From positions 1 to 46,806 of the forward strand of contig CAMLSW010000003.1 of assembly GCA_946484195.1 (NCBI GenBank): a stretch of 46,806 nucleotides of DNA, given 5' to 3'. The stretch comes from an uncultured Clostridia bacterium (GTDB lineage Bacteria > Bacillota > Clostridia > Christensenellales > UBA1242). Of this stretch, positions 1-9,717 are shown one piece after another (the first letter of the stretch is position 1; every line of letters begins with the position of its first letter). The notes beneath the pieces were generated by a model that did not search any database, was not told where the DNA came from, and worked only from the letters and a program-made list of their open reading frames with translations. Made by a program: the position numbers and the translations under genes.

Positions 1-105
1 ATTAAAAATTAAAAAAATATCAAAAATAAATAAAATCTTATTAAAAATATAAAAAATTAAATAAAAATACTAAAAAAATAACAAAAAATTTAAAAAGGAG
101 CTATT

Positions 106-1218
106 ATGTATACAATTGCAGTGCTTTTTGGTGGCAAAAGTGTTGAGCACGATATCTCAATAATCACCGCATTACAAACGATGAAAAATCTAAAAAAATA
201 TAAAGTGATACCTATTTATATAAGAGCTGATGGCAGATTTATAACTGGCGATAATCTAAGCAATGCTAAGACCTACCTAAATTTTGACAGAAATGCAAAA
301 AATCTCAAGGAGGTAAATTTTAAATTAGGATGCGGACAAATTGATATAATAAAACATAACAAAATTAAGCAAACCTTAAAGGTTGATTGCGCCTTGCTTT
401 GCAATCACGGCAATGGTGGCGAAGATGGAAGCTTGCAAGGATTGTTAGAACTTGCCGAAATACCTTACACCTCCTGCAAAGTGGCATCAAGCGCTATATG
501 TATGGATAAGGCGCTATCGAAAATTGTCTTTTCAAGCAAGAATATTAAAAGCCCAGCATATGTGCATTTTGACATATGCCAGTACAAAGCAAAAAAGTTT
601 GATATTTTAAAGTCGATTATTGACAAAATAGGCTGTCCTTGCATTATAAAACCAGCAAGACTTGGTAGTAGTGTAGGTATTGGCATATGTGAAGATGTTA
701 AAAAACTTGAAAGTTGCATCGAAGAGGCCTTCTTGTATGACAACAAAATTATTGTTGAAAAATATATTGTTGACGCACGAGAATTTTGCTGTGGAGCTTT
801 AAAAATTGGCGAAAAAATTGTGCTTGGCAATGTGCAAGAGGTTAGCAAGAGTAAGATTTACACCTTTTCTGAAAAATATCTGTCAAGCAAGGCAGTGGAG
901 AATAAAAAGATGGCAGAGGATTTAGAGCGCAAAATTAAGAAGCTGGCAGAAAAGACCTATAGGGCGCTTGAGTGTGATGGTGTCATTCGAGTTGACTTTT
1001 TATATGACGAAAAACAAGAAGTACTATATGTCAATGAGGTGAACACGATCCCAGGCTCACTTGCCTTCAATCTATTCCCGTTTCCTTTTAGCGATTTACT
1101 GAATGCTATTATAGATGAGGCGATAGAATACCACCAAAAGAAAAGAGCGCTACTTTACACATTCAGTAGCGAGGCAATAAAGGCATATATTGATATGGCT
1201 GACCATATGGTAAAATAA
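106..1218 (+). CDS. ddl: D-alanine--D-alanine ligase
   Basis: Motifs FGGKSVEHDIS, HGNGGEDGSLQG, KPARLGSSVG and NEVNTIPG; RBS AAGGAG upstream; next to mur genes. Confidence 0.93.
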   Translation: MYTIAVLFGGKSVEHDISIITALQTMKNLKKYKVIPIYIRADGRFITGDNLSNAKTYLNFDRNAKNLKEVNFKLGCGQIDIIKHNKIKQTLKVDCALLCNHGNGGEDGSLQGLLELAEIPYTSCKVASSAICMDKALSKIVFSSKNIKSPAYVHFDICQYKAKKFDILKSIIDKIGCPCIIKPARLGSSVGIGICEDVKKLESCIEEAFLYDNKIIVEKYIVDAREFCCGALKIGEKIVLGNVQEVSKSKIYTFSEKYLSSKAVENKKMAEDLERKIKKLAEKTYRALECDGVIRVDFLYDEKQEVLYVNEVNTIPGSLAFNLFPFPFSDLLNAIIDEAIEYHQKKRALLYTFSSEAIKAYIDMADHMVK

Positions 1219-1418
1219 GTTGATTTTAGTGATAAAAAGCGTTTTTTGCGATTTTTTCGTGTTTTTTTATTGATTTTTACTGTTTGTTTATTAAATTATC
1301 TTCTTTAATAAATTTTACAATTTGTTACATTGTATATTTTTGTCACTTTTTAACTTATTTTGCAAGGCTATAAACAAATTGTTTTTTCGTAGCTATAATA
1401 ATCTTTAAGGAGGCAGGG

Positions 1419-2918
1419 ATGCGCATATCAGACATTATAAAAGATATCAGAATTAGACATTGTTATTTAAAGGATGATGTTGAGATTAATGACATAAAGA
1501 TTAATAGTGCCGAGGTTAAAAGTGGCGACCTTTTTATAGCGATTAAAGGCGAAAATTTTGATGGAAATGACTATATTTTAAATGCTCTTCAAAATGGTGC
1601 AAGCGTTGTTTTCAGTGAGAGGGAGTTTGACGAGGATTTTGGCGACAGCGATAAGATTGTACGAGTGGAGAATGCGAGGAGCGCCTATGCTATCGCTTCA
1701 AAGAATTTTTTTGATAGGGCGTGCGATAATTTGAAGATAATTGCCGTTACTGGCACCAATGGTAAAACCACCATTGCAAATACGACAACCGATTTATTAA
1801 GGTTTGCTGGTGCTAAAGTAGGCGTCATAGGTACGCTTGGTGCAAAGATTGATGACAAGGTCATCGACACAGGGCTTACAACGCCTGACCCATATATGCT
1901 ACACAAAATTTTTAAAGAGATGAAGGAAAATGGGTGCGAATATGTCGTTATGGAAGCTTCGGCGCACGCGCTGGCTCTCAATAAACTTGACGGCATCAAG
2001 TTTGAGATTGGAGTGCTGACAAATATCACAGAGGACCACCTTGACTTTTTTAAGACTATGGATAACTATACAAACGCAAAGTTTAATTTGTTTGAGCGCG
2101 GGAAGGTAAAGTTAGGCATTGTCTGCGGTGATGACGAAAGGTGTAGAGAGCTTTTAATAAAGGCAAAGGTACCAATGATATCATATGGAATAAATAGGTT
2201 TTGCGATGTCAATGGCGTGAACATCAACAAATCTTTTAGCGGGTCAAAATTTGATTGCTATTATCTTGGTGAAAAGATTGATATTAAAACCGAACTCGTT
2301 GGCGAGTACAACATTCAAAATTCTCTTGCCTCAATCGCAATATGCCGAAGTCTTGGAGTGCCAGCCGAGCTTGTTAGGCTCGGTATGAGCTGTATAAGCC
2401 CAGTTGAAGGGCGATTTAATATTATAAAGACAAAAAATAACAATATCATAATTGATTATGCTCACACGCCAGACGGTCTTGAGAAGATTTTGACCACGGC
2501 AAGAGATTTGTCAGACAAAAGGCTTGTTGTTGTTTTTGGATGCGGTGGTAACCGCGATAGACAAAAAAGACCGATTATGGGCGAGATTGCATCCTCACTT
2601 GCCGACTACGTGATTTTGACTAGTGATAATCCGCGTTTTGAAGAGCCTCTTGATATAATCACCGAGATAAATGCCGGAGCTGTCAAGCCTTGCAAGATAA
2701 TTGAAAATAGAAAAAATGCTATAGAATTTGCGCTTAAAAATTTTTGTGATGGGCAGACCATTGTCATTGCAGGCAAGGGAGCAGAGAAGTATCAGGATAT
2801 CAAAGGCGTGAAACATCCATACAATGATTTTGATGTTGTATACAACTTTGAAAGGCAGAAGATTAAGAGTTTGACCAAAAGGGAAGAAAATTTTGATGAT
2901 GAAAATGAGCAAATTTAG
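1419..2918 (+). CDS. murE: UDP-MurNAc-Ala-Glu--meso-DAP ligase
   Basis: VTGTNGKTT P-loop, MEASAH, DHLDF, DYAHTPD, and the DNPR mDAP-specificity motif; RBS AAGGAGG. Confidence 0.95.
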   Translation: MRISDIIKDIRIRHCYLKDDVEINDIKINSAEVKSGDLFIAIKGENFDGNDYILNALQNGASVVFSEREFDEDFGDSDKIVRVENARSAYAIASKNFFDRACDNLKIIAVTGTNGKTTIANTTTDLLRFAGAKVGVIGTLGAKIDDKVIDTGLTTPDPYMLHKIFKEMKENGCEYVVMEASAHALALNKLDGIKFEIGVLTNITEDHLDFFKTMDNYTNAKFNLFERGKVKLGIVCGDDERCRELLIKAKVPMISYGINRFCDVNGVNINKSFSGSKFDCYYLGEKIDIKTELVGEYNIQNSLASIAICRSLGVPAELVRLGMSCISPVEGRFNIIKTKNNNIIIDYAHTPDGLEKILTTARDLSDKRLVVVFGCGGNRDRQKRPIMGEIASSLADYVILTSDNPRFEEPLDIITEINAGAVKPCKIIENRKNAIEFALKNFCDGQTIVIAGKGAEKYQDIKGVKHPYNDFDVVYNFERQKIKSLTKREENFDDENEQI

Positions 2919-3352
2919 GCAAACTTAGTTTGCATCAGTATCGTATGGTGTGTCTGTATTTTGGTTATACCTTGGTCCGCCATAAGTCTTACGCTCGGCA
3001 GCAAACTTAGTTTGGATCATTTTTAATCATCCTCTTAGGCAGTAATTACGAAGTAGTACAGGGTAGTAGCATTTTTTGGCAAACTTAGTTTGCATCATTA
3101 TCGTTTATTGTATCTATAATTTTATTGTACCTTGGTCCGCCCAAATATTAAAATTAATCTTCATTTTTGGGGTTACAGATAGCGTGACCGCATTTTTTGG
3201 CAAACTTAGTTTGCATCGTTTTTTAATCATCCTCATTAGCAGTTTTTACGGAGAGATACAGTAAAGTAGCATTTTTTGGCAAGCCCAGGGGCTTGGCGAA
3301 GTATTAAAAATCATCCTCATTTGCGGGACACAGATAGCGTGCCGCATTTTTT
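2919..3352 (+). repeat. Mosaic intergenic repeat array 1
   Basis: Four GCAAAC-TTA-GTTTG(C/G) hairpins (2919, 3001, 3079, 3200), two TCGT-N23-TACCTTGGTCCG modules and four ATC(C/T)TC...GCATTTTTT modules; starts immediately after the murE stop. Confidence 0.9.
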
Positions 3353-3447
3353 GTGATAAAAATTAAACGAAGTACGTAAATTTGCTTGACAAAAAATGCG
3401 GGGGGGGGTAAAATAGGGTATCCAAAATAAATTTTGGATACCCTATT
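3303..3447 (+). repeat. 145-bp promoter cassette, copy 1 (copy 2 at 38576-38720)
   Basis: By-eye alignment gives 144/145 identity. TTGACA (3386) -17 bp containing G9- TAAAAT (3409), then a 17-bp-arm perfect inverted repeat at 3412-3447. Confidence 0.9.
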
Positions 3448-3540
3448 CTAGATTTTACCCCTAATTTCCCTTAAACTTATTAAATTTAAAAATATTTTAA
3501 AATTTGTTATTAAATTTGACGCAATTGCGACGGCGCACTT

Positions 3541-3604
3541 GTGACAAAGGGTAAATTAAAGGTTAAAATAGGGGGAATAATGCAAAAATCGACAATTTTT
3601 GCAT
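3541..3604 (+). promoter_or_regulatory. sigmaA-like promoter plus palindromic operator-like site
   Basis: GTGACA-17 bp-TAAAAT (3541-3569), then ATGCAAAAAT-CGACA-ATTTTTGCAT (3580-3604); homologous to 23225-23290. Confidence 0.6.
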
Positions 3605-3688
3605 AATACTAGATTATTTTACACAAGGTAATATTAAAATGCCGAAAGGCGCCTCTTATAATGAGAGGGTTTTTAAAAGGAGAAAGGT

Positions 3689-4531
3689 ATGAAAAGTTTA
3701 AAAGTCAAATTATTTTCAATAGCATCGGCTTTTGTGTTGGCATTATCAATGCTGATAATCGGTGTATGGGCAGTAGGTGAGGCACAGCATATCAATTTGA
3801 GTGGTAGTGTCAACTTTACTATCTCGGATAACACCCTTTATATAAAAGATATTCGTGTACGTGACGAGGGAGACTTAACCGGACAAGGTACAACAATTGA
3901 CAATTTCTTGCCAGGTTTTGTAAATGGAGATATTGATTTAGATTTAGGGGAGCGAACTGCAGATACAAGTTTTACTCTTCTATTTGATGTAATCAATACT
4001 ACAACCACTGAATATAAAGCAAGTACAGTTTCAAAAATTCCAAATGCGACTTTATCGGTAAGCGGAATAATTGCAGGGGATGGAATTGCGCCGTCTGAGA
4101 TTACAAATAGCACGCCTATTTCAGGTACAATAGTAATGACTGTGACAGTACAATCGGCAGGTACAGTTTCGCTTGACGGCATAGTCATAGATATTGAAGA
4201 GAATACTGGCTATACGGTGACGTTAGAATGCAGTGGGAATCATCTTGAGTCATTTTCATATTTTGTTTTAATTATAAATGGAGAAAGCGTCTCTGGCACG
4301 GGCTTTTTTGGATTACCTAGTTCTTCTAGTTATTATGATGTAAAAACAATAGAAATAAAAAGTACTATTGGTGTTGCTAGACCAATAGGTCCACCTGTTT
4401 TCCAGACTGAAAATATTGTATTAGATTTTAGTACAGGTGAGCATTACGAAATAACACTTAATGATAATGTGGGAACAGGAGTAATAACATTGACGCAAGA
4501 TGTAACAATAACGGCTGTATGCAGTGTTTAA
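3689..4531 (+). CDS. Exported beta-rich protein of unknown function, paralog of 23479-24357
   Basis: RBS AAGGAG; basic N-terminus plus hydrophobic signal peptide (SLKVKL...GVWA) followed by NLSGSVNFT; Thr/Ser/Gly-rich. Confidence 0.8.
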   Translation: MKSLKVKLFSIASAFVLALSMLIIGVWAVGEAQHINLSGSVNFTISDNTLYIKDIRVRDEGDLTGQGTTIDNFLPGFVNGDIDLDLGERTADTSFTLLFDVINTTTTEYKASTVSKIPNATLSVSGIIAGDGIAPSEITNSTPISGTIVMTVTVQSAGTVSLDGIVIDIEENTGYTVTLECSGNHLESFSYFVLIINGESVSGTGFFGLPSSSSYYDVKTIEIKSTIGVARPIGPPVFQTENIVLDFSTGEHYEITLNDNVGTGVITLTQDVTITAVCSV

Positions 4532-4629
4532 ATTTCTAAAATCAAAATTACTAGAATATGTTATTTTAAATTAATTTATAATAAATTCAAGCATAGAGAG
4601 GCAAACTAGATAATAAAATTATTTAGGAG

Positions 4630-5595
4630 ATGCTTATGCTTGAATTTTTTTTAGTGTTTTTAATTGCTCTTGTGCTGGCGGTAGTGCTTGGCTTTCCAGT
4701 AGTGAAACTTTCTAAAAAGTTCCACTTATCGCAAACTATTCTTCATTATGTGGACAACCACGCAGGCAAGAGTGGTACGCCAACAATGGGTGGGTTTATT
4801 TTTCTTCTGCCAATGCTGATTGCAAGTTTAATCTTTGCAAAAGGTGAGTTTTATCTTCCGATTTTAATATTGCTCATTACCTTGGGATATGGCTTGCTCG
4901 GTTTTCTTGACGACTTTATCAAGATAAAATACCACAAAAACGAAGGGCTTAAGCCTTATCAAAAGATAATTGGACAAGTCTCGCTTGCTAGCATAGTGGC
5001 GGTTTTTGCCTATTTTAATATTGGTAGCAGTTTAAATTTGTTTGGGCTTGAGCTTGATATTGGACTTTTTATCATACCTTTTGTAATCTTTTTCTTCGTT
5101 GCGGTTACCAATGCCGTGAACTTGACAGATGGGCTTGACGGACTTGCTGGTGGTGTGAGTTTTGTATATCTACTATTTTTCGGTGTTATTATTGCACTTG
5201 TAAGTGATTTTAACTTTGCGTTAATTGCCTTTGCCTTAGCGGGGGCTCTACTTGGCTTTTTACTTTTCAACTGCTATCCGGCAAAAATTTTTATGGGCGA
5301 TACTGGCTCGCTTGCGCTTGGCGGAGCTATTGCAAGCCTTGCTGTATTTTCAAGGCTAGAGCTTATTATGCCTATAATTGGCTTGCTTTTTGTAGTGACC
5401 GCGCTATCTGATGTTATTCAAGTGCTTTACTACAAAAAGACGCACAAGCGGGTGTTTAAGATGGCGCCTCTTCATCATCATTTTGAGCGCTGTGGCGTGA
5501 ATGAAAACAGAATTGTGGCAGTATATATAGTTATAACCATTGTTTGCGGACTTGGTACGCTGATTGGTTATCTATTTGTCGCAGGAGTGTTATGA
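4630..5595 (+). CDS. mraY: Phospho-MurNAc-pentapeptide transferase
   Basis: KSGTPTMGG, GFLDD, NAVNLTDGLDGLA, IFMGDTGS and MAPLHHHFE motifs. Confidence 0.96.
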   Translation: MLMLEFFLVFLIALVLAVVLGFPVVKLSKKFHLSQTILHYVDNHAGKSGTPTMGGFIFLLPMLIASLIFAKGEFYLPILILLITLGYGLLGFLDDFIKIKYHKNEGLKPYQKIIGQVSLASIVAVFAYFNIGSSLNLFGLELDIGLFIIPFVIFFFVAVTNAVNLTDGLDGLAGGVSFVYLLFFGVIIALVSDFNFALIAFALAGALLGFLLFNCYPAKIFMGDTGSLALGGAIASLAVFSRLELIMPIIGLLFVVTALSDVIQVLYYKKTHKRVFKMAPLHHHFERCGVNENRIVAVYIVITIVCGLGTLIGYLFVAGVL

Positions 5596-6902
5596 TAAGA
5601 TTGAAAGGCAAGAGAGTTTTAGTTTATGGGCTTGGTATAAGCGGGCAGTCAGCCTGCAAATTACTGCACGAGCAAGGTGCTTGTGTCTGCATATATGACG
5701 ACGAAAATCGTTTCTCAAATTTTTACAGTTATGAAAAGGAGCCGTTGACTAAACAATATGATTTGGTGGTTGTAAGCCCTGGAATTAAAGTCCTAGGCAA
5801 TCAAATAATCTCTCATTTTATTGTTAGTAAAACGCCGGTCATAAGTGAACTTGACCTTGGCTACCTTTTTTCAAAGGGAACTATTATAGGCATAACTGGC
5901 ACAAATGGAAAGACCACGGTAACTTCTCTTGTCGGTGATATTTTTAAAAGAGCGTGCAAGAAAACCTTTGTTTGCGGTAACATTGGGCTTCCGCTAACAA
6001 ATGTTGCACTGCAGACTGATAGTAGCAGTTTTCTTATCGTCGAAGTCAGCAATTTTCAACTTGAGCTGTCTTCATATTTTACGCCCAATCTTGCCTGCAT
6101 TTTGAACTTGGCGCCCGACCATATAGATAGGCACGGCAGTTTTGAAGAGTATGTGCGAGTCAAGAAAAAGATTATAAGAGGCAGGCGTCAAAAGGTTGTC
6201 TTAAATTATGATGATGAACTTGTACGAAACATCTTAATTGACAAAAAAGTGCTGTCTTTTTCTATAAAAACCTTAAATAAAGGCGTTTTTATTAAAAATA
6301 ATTGGATTTTTCACAATAAAACAAAAATTATCTCACTCAATGATATACCACTTTTTGGCGAAAAGAACATTGAAAATGTGCTTGCTTCGGTGGCGATTGC
6401 TGTTAAATATAGGATAAAACCTAGCATCATAAAAGAGGCGATTATGAACTTTAAAGCGCCAAAACATAGACTGGAATATCTCGGGCAGGTTAATGGTGCC
6501 GATGTCTTTGATGATTCAAAGGCGACAAATATTTCGGCGTCACTTTCAGCCATATCTTCACTTGGAGAGCGAGGGCTTGTGCTACTTCTTGGCGGACTTA
6601 ATAAAGATTGCAAGTTTGATGAAATTTTCAACAAAAATTTAGATTTTGAGCAAGTTTTGTGTTTCGGTCAGGCAGGAAAAGAGATATATGACTGCGCAAC
6701 AAGTTATGGCTATAGTCCGCTTTTGTTTGAAAGTATGAAAAGTGCGGCAGTTTATGCTAAGCAGAACGCGCGCGAAGGGCAAAAGATATTGCTGGCGCCA
6801 GCTTGCGCAAGTTTTGATGAATTTGCATCATATTCGGTACGTGGCGAAGTTTTTAAGGAGATTATGTTTGATAGCTTTGAAAAAATCGAAATGTCGCAAT
6901 GA
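5592..6902 (+). CDS. murD: UDP-MurNAc-L-Ala--D-Glu ligase
   Basis: GLGISG, VVSPGI, ITGTNGKTT, DHIDRH, DDSKATN and PACASFD motifs. Start moved to ATG 5592 (AGGAG RBS, ATGA overlap with mraY). Confidence 0.95.
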   Translation: MIRLKGKRVLVYGLGISGQSACKLLHEQGACVCIYDDENRFSNFYSYEKEPLTKQYDLVVVSPGIKVLGNQIISHFIVSKTPVISELDLGYLFSKGTIIGITGTNGKTTVTSLVGDIFKRACKKTFVCGNIGLPLTNVALQTDSSSFLIVEVSNFQLELSSYFTPNLACILNLAPDHIDRHGSFEEYVRVKKKIIRGRRQKVVLNYDDELVRNILIDKKVLSFSIKTLNKGVFIKNNWIFHNKTKIISLNDIPLFGEKNIENVLASVAIAVKYRIKPSIIKEAIMNFKAPKHRLEYLGQVNGADVFDDSKATNISASLSAISSLGERGLVLLLGGLNKDCKFDEIFNKNLDFEQVLCFGQAGKEIYDCATSYGYSPLLFESMKSAAVYAKQNAREGQKILLAPACASFDEFASYSVRGEVFKEIMFDSFEKIEMSQ

Positions 6903-8040
6903 TATTATAATAATTTCATTGCTTGTGGGGTTGCTTGTAATTTTTGGCTGTATAATGGTGTATAGCGCAAGCTTTTATAGTGCCAATTACCACTATGGCA
7001 ATAAATATTTTTTCCTTTTTAAACAGCTTTTAGGTGTGGTGCTTGGCGTATTTGCTATGATAGCACTGACCTTTATTGATTATCATCTTCTTAATAAATA
7101 TAAGTGGTTCATTGTTGGCGGAACTTTCCTTTTGCTTGCCCTTGTCTTTGTGCCGGGGCTTGGTATGGAAAGCTATGGTGCAAAAAGATGGGTGTCGCTT
7201 CTTGGTTTTTCAATTCAGCCCTCGGAGATTGCAAAGTTTGCCCTCGTTATATTCACCGCTGGATATATGTCAGACCATCACGACAAGGTCAAAACTATCA
7301 AAGGGTTGTTGCCAGTATTGATAGTCGGCGGGCTAATGTGCATCCTCATTATGCTTGAGCCTTCTATGAGCGTGACAATGTGCATTGCCTTTGTTACTCT
7401 CTTTATGCTGATTATTGGCGGGATGAGCAAAAAGCACACTTTAATGTTTTCAATTCCAGCGGGCGCTATGGTGCCACTGCTCATCGTGCTTGAGCCCTAT
7501 CGTTTAAAAAGACTGCTTGCCTTTATTGACCCTTGGGCGTCACCACAAGGCGAGGGCTTTCAGTTGATACAATCGCTATACTCGCTTGGCGATGGCGGAT
7601 GGTTTGGCGTCGGACTGTTTAACTCAAGACAAAAATATCTTTTCTTGCCCTTTGCCGAGTCTGATTTTATCCTGTCCATTATAGGCGAGGAGATTGGTTT
7701 TGTCGGAACAACGCTTTTAATGGCTGTATTTTTCTTGCTGGTGTATAGACTTATCAAGATTGCGCTGTCGGCTAAGGATAGGTTTGGCGCAATGCTAGTA
7801 AGTGGTGTGGCTTTTATTATAGCCGTGCAAACACTCCTAAACATTGCGGTGGTCACTGGCTCTATTCCGCCGACGGGCTTACCACTGCCATTTATATCAA
7901 GTGGCGGTACATCGGTTATGGTGTTTATGGTGGGGATTGGAATTTGCCTCAATGTCCTAAGGCAGTCAAAAGGCGAAGATGTAAGTGTAATAAGTCACCA
8001 AAAATTAAAAAGATTGAAATTAAATAAAAAGCAAACTTAG
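6868..8040 (+). CDS. ftsW: SEDS-family peptidoglycan polymerase FtsW/SpoVE
   Basis: MVYSAS, GAKRW, QPSEIAK, LPFAESDFI and PPTGLPLPFISSGGTS motifs. Probable start TTG 6868 after AAGGAG. Confidence 0.9.
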   Translation: MIALKKSKCRNDIIIISLLVGLLVIFGCIMVYSASFYSANYHYGNKYFFLFKQLLGVVLGVFAMIALTFIDYHLLNKYKWFIVGGTFLLLALVFVPGLGMESYGAKRWVSLLGFSIQPSEIAKFALVIFTAGYMSDHHDKVKTIKGLLPVLIVGGLMCILIMLEPSMSVTMCIAFVTLFMLIIGGMSKKHTLMFSIPAGAMVPLLIVLEPYRLKRLLAFIDPWASPQGEGFQLIQSLYSLGDGGWFGVGLFNSRQKYLFLPFAESDFILSIIGEEIGFVGTTLLMAVFFLLVYRLIKIALSAKDRFGAMLVSGVAFIIAVQTLLNIAVVTGSIPPTGLPLPFISSGGTSVMVFMVGIGICLNVLRQSKGEDVSVISHQKLKRLKLNKKQT

Positions 8041-8212
8041 TTTGCATCAGCATCGTGTGGTGTATCTGTAATTTAGTTTTACCTTGGTCCGGCGGAGTAT
8101 AGTTAAGGGGAAAAGGTGTTAACGACACCCAACCTTAGGTTGCAAGCCTTACGCTTGGCGAAACATTAAAATTAATCCTCATTTGGGAGAAAAGATAGCG
8201 TGCCAGCATTTT
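8031..8212 (+). repeat. Mosaic intergenic repeat array 2
   Basis: GCAAAC-TTA-GTTTGC (contains the ftsW TAG), an N23 module, a GGTGT(T)-AAC-GACACC hairpin, CCAACC-TTA-GGTTG and an ATCCTC...AGATAGCGTGCC module. Confidence 0.88.
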
Positions 8213-8421
8213 ATTTCTCAAGTTTAACAACTTTAAAATATTTTAAAATTTGTCGTAAATTTTGACGGCGAGGAGATGCATTTTTATTCAATCATAAATG
8301 CTACTGAGTCTTGTACTATAAGGTTTGATGTAGAGTGACAATATCACTTTATAAAATGCTGTCTTTTTTATTAAAAGAATGATTTTTTATCATTCTTTTT
8401 TGTTTTTTCATATACTCTTAT

Positions 8422-9717
8422 ATGGATAGTTTTTATATTGTTGGTGGAAGTAGGTTGGAGGGAGAGGTTGTGGTTGACTGTGCGAAGAATGCCCTTTTGC
8501 CAATCCTTGCCGGCTCTATATTGATTGATGGCGAAATTTTACTTGAAAATGTGCCAAAATATAGTGATGTTCTTGCAATGTGCAAGATTTTAGAGCATTT
8601 AGGTGCTAAGGTTAGATTTGAAAAGGGTGATTTTGCAAACGAAGATTTATACATAGATTGTCGCGACATTATTTACAGTGATGTGTCTAACGAACTTGCA
8701 TCCAAAGTGCGCTCTTCTATTTTTACGCTTGGACCTATTCTTGGGCGAAAGGGCATTGCTAAGGTTGCCTATCCTGGAGGCTGTGACATTGGACTGCGTC
8801 CGATTGACATTCATATCACAGCGCTCAAGCAGTTAGGGTGCAAAATAGTTGATAAAAATGGCTATATTTATGCTGATGCGTCAAAAAGGCGGGCAGAGGA
8901 TGTTGTGCTTTCTTTTCCAAGTGTCGGGGCAACTGAAAACGCCATAATGTTTGCTGTGCTTGGTGAGGGCGAAACGCGAATTTTTAATCCTGCACGCGAG
9001 CCTGAGATAGTTGATTTGCAAAACTTTTTAAATTGTGCGGGCGCCGACATAAAGGGCGCGGGGAGCAACCTCATCGTCATAAAGGGCGTTAAAAGGTTGC
9101 ACACTTGTTCATATAAGGCAATTAGCGACAGAATTGAGGCAGGGACCTTTATGATTGCTGGGGCAATGTGTGCGAAAAATTTAGTCATTAGCAATGTAAA
9201 CAGCGCTCATAATCAAGAGCTTCTTTGCAAACTTTCAAAAACCGCTTGCAAAATTAAGGTCATCGATGATAAAATAATAATGAAGGGTGGAGGGCGACCT
9301 CAATCTTTTGGCGAGGTTGAAACTGCTGTCTATCCAGGATTTCCGACTGACCTGCAGGCGCCTATGGTTTCCCTTGCGTGTATATGTGATGGCTACAGCC
9401 TCATAATTGAGAACCTTTTTGAGTCGAGATACAAGCATATTGGCGAGCTACTCAAGATGGGCTGTGACATAAAGTGCAAAAATGGAGTATGCATTGTAAA
9501 GGGAAGGGAAAAGATTTATGGAGCAGAGGTGATAAGCCCTGACTTGCGAGGTGGAGCTTCGCTTGTGCTTGCGGGACTAGTGGCAGAGGGCTATACGACC
9601 GTTGATAATGTTGACCTCATTGATAGAGGATACTATAGGCTTGAAGACAAACTCTCTTCTCTTGGGATTGAAATTAAAAGGATAAAGTGTGAAAAAAGGG
9701 TGGATAATTGCGATTAG
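8422..9717 (+). CDS. murA: UDP-GlcNAc 1-carboxyvinyltransferase
   Basis: AKNALLP, PGGCDIGLRPIDIH (catalytic Cys), SVGATEN, YPGFPTDLQ and IDRGY motifs. Confidence 0.96.
   Translation: MDSFYIVGGSRLEGEVVVDCAKNALLPILAGSILIDGEILLENVPKYSDVLAMCKILEHLGAKVRFEKGDFANEDLYIDCRDIIYSDVSNELASKVRSSIFTLGPILGRKGIAKVAYPGGCDIGLRPIDIHITALKQLGCKIVDKNGYIYADASKRRAEDVVLSFPSVGATENAIMFAVLGEGETRIFNPAREPEIVDLQNFLNCAGADIKGAGSNLIVIKGVKRLHTCSYKAISDRIEAGTFMIAGAMCAKNLVISNVNSAHNQELLCKLSKTACKIKVIDDKIIMKGGGRPQSFGEVETAVYPGFPTDLQAPMVSLACICDGYSLIIENLFESRYKHIGELLKMGCDIKCKNGVCIVKGREKIYGAEVISPDLRGGASLVLAGLVAEGYTTVDNVDLIDRGYYRLEDKLSSLGIEIKRIKCEKRVDNCD

Noticed and set aside
3076-3264. 62-aa ORF, and the similar 16182-16373 ORF
   Set aside because: Both lie inside repeat arrays, lack an RBS, and the reading frame is not preserved between modules.
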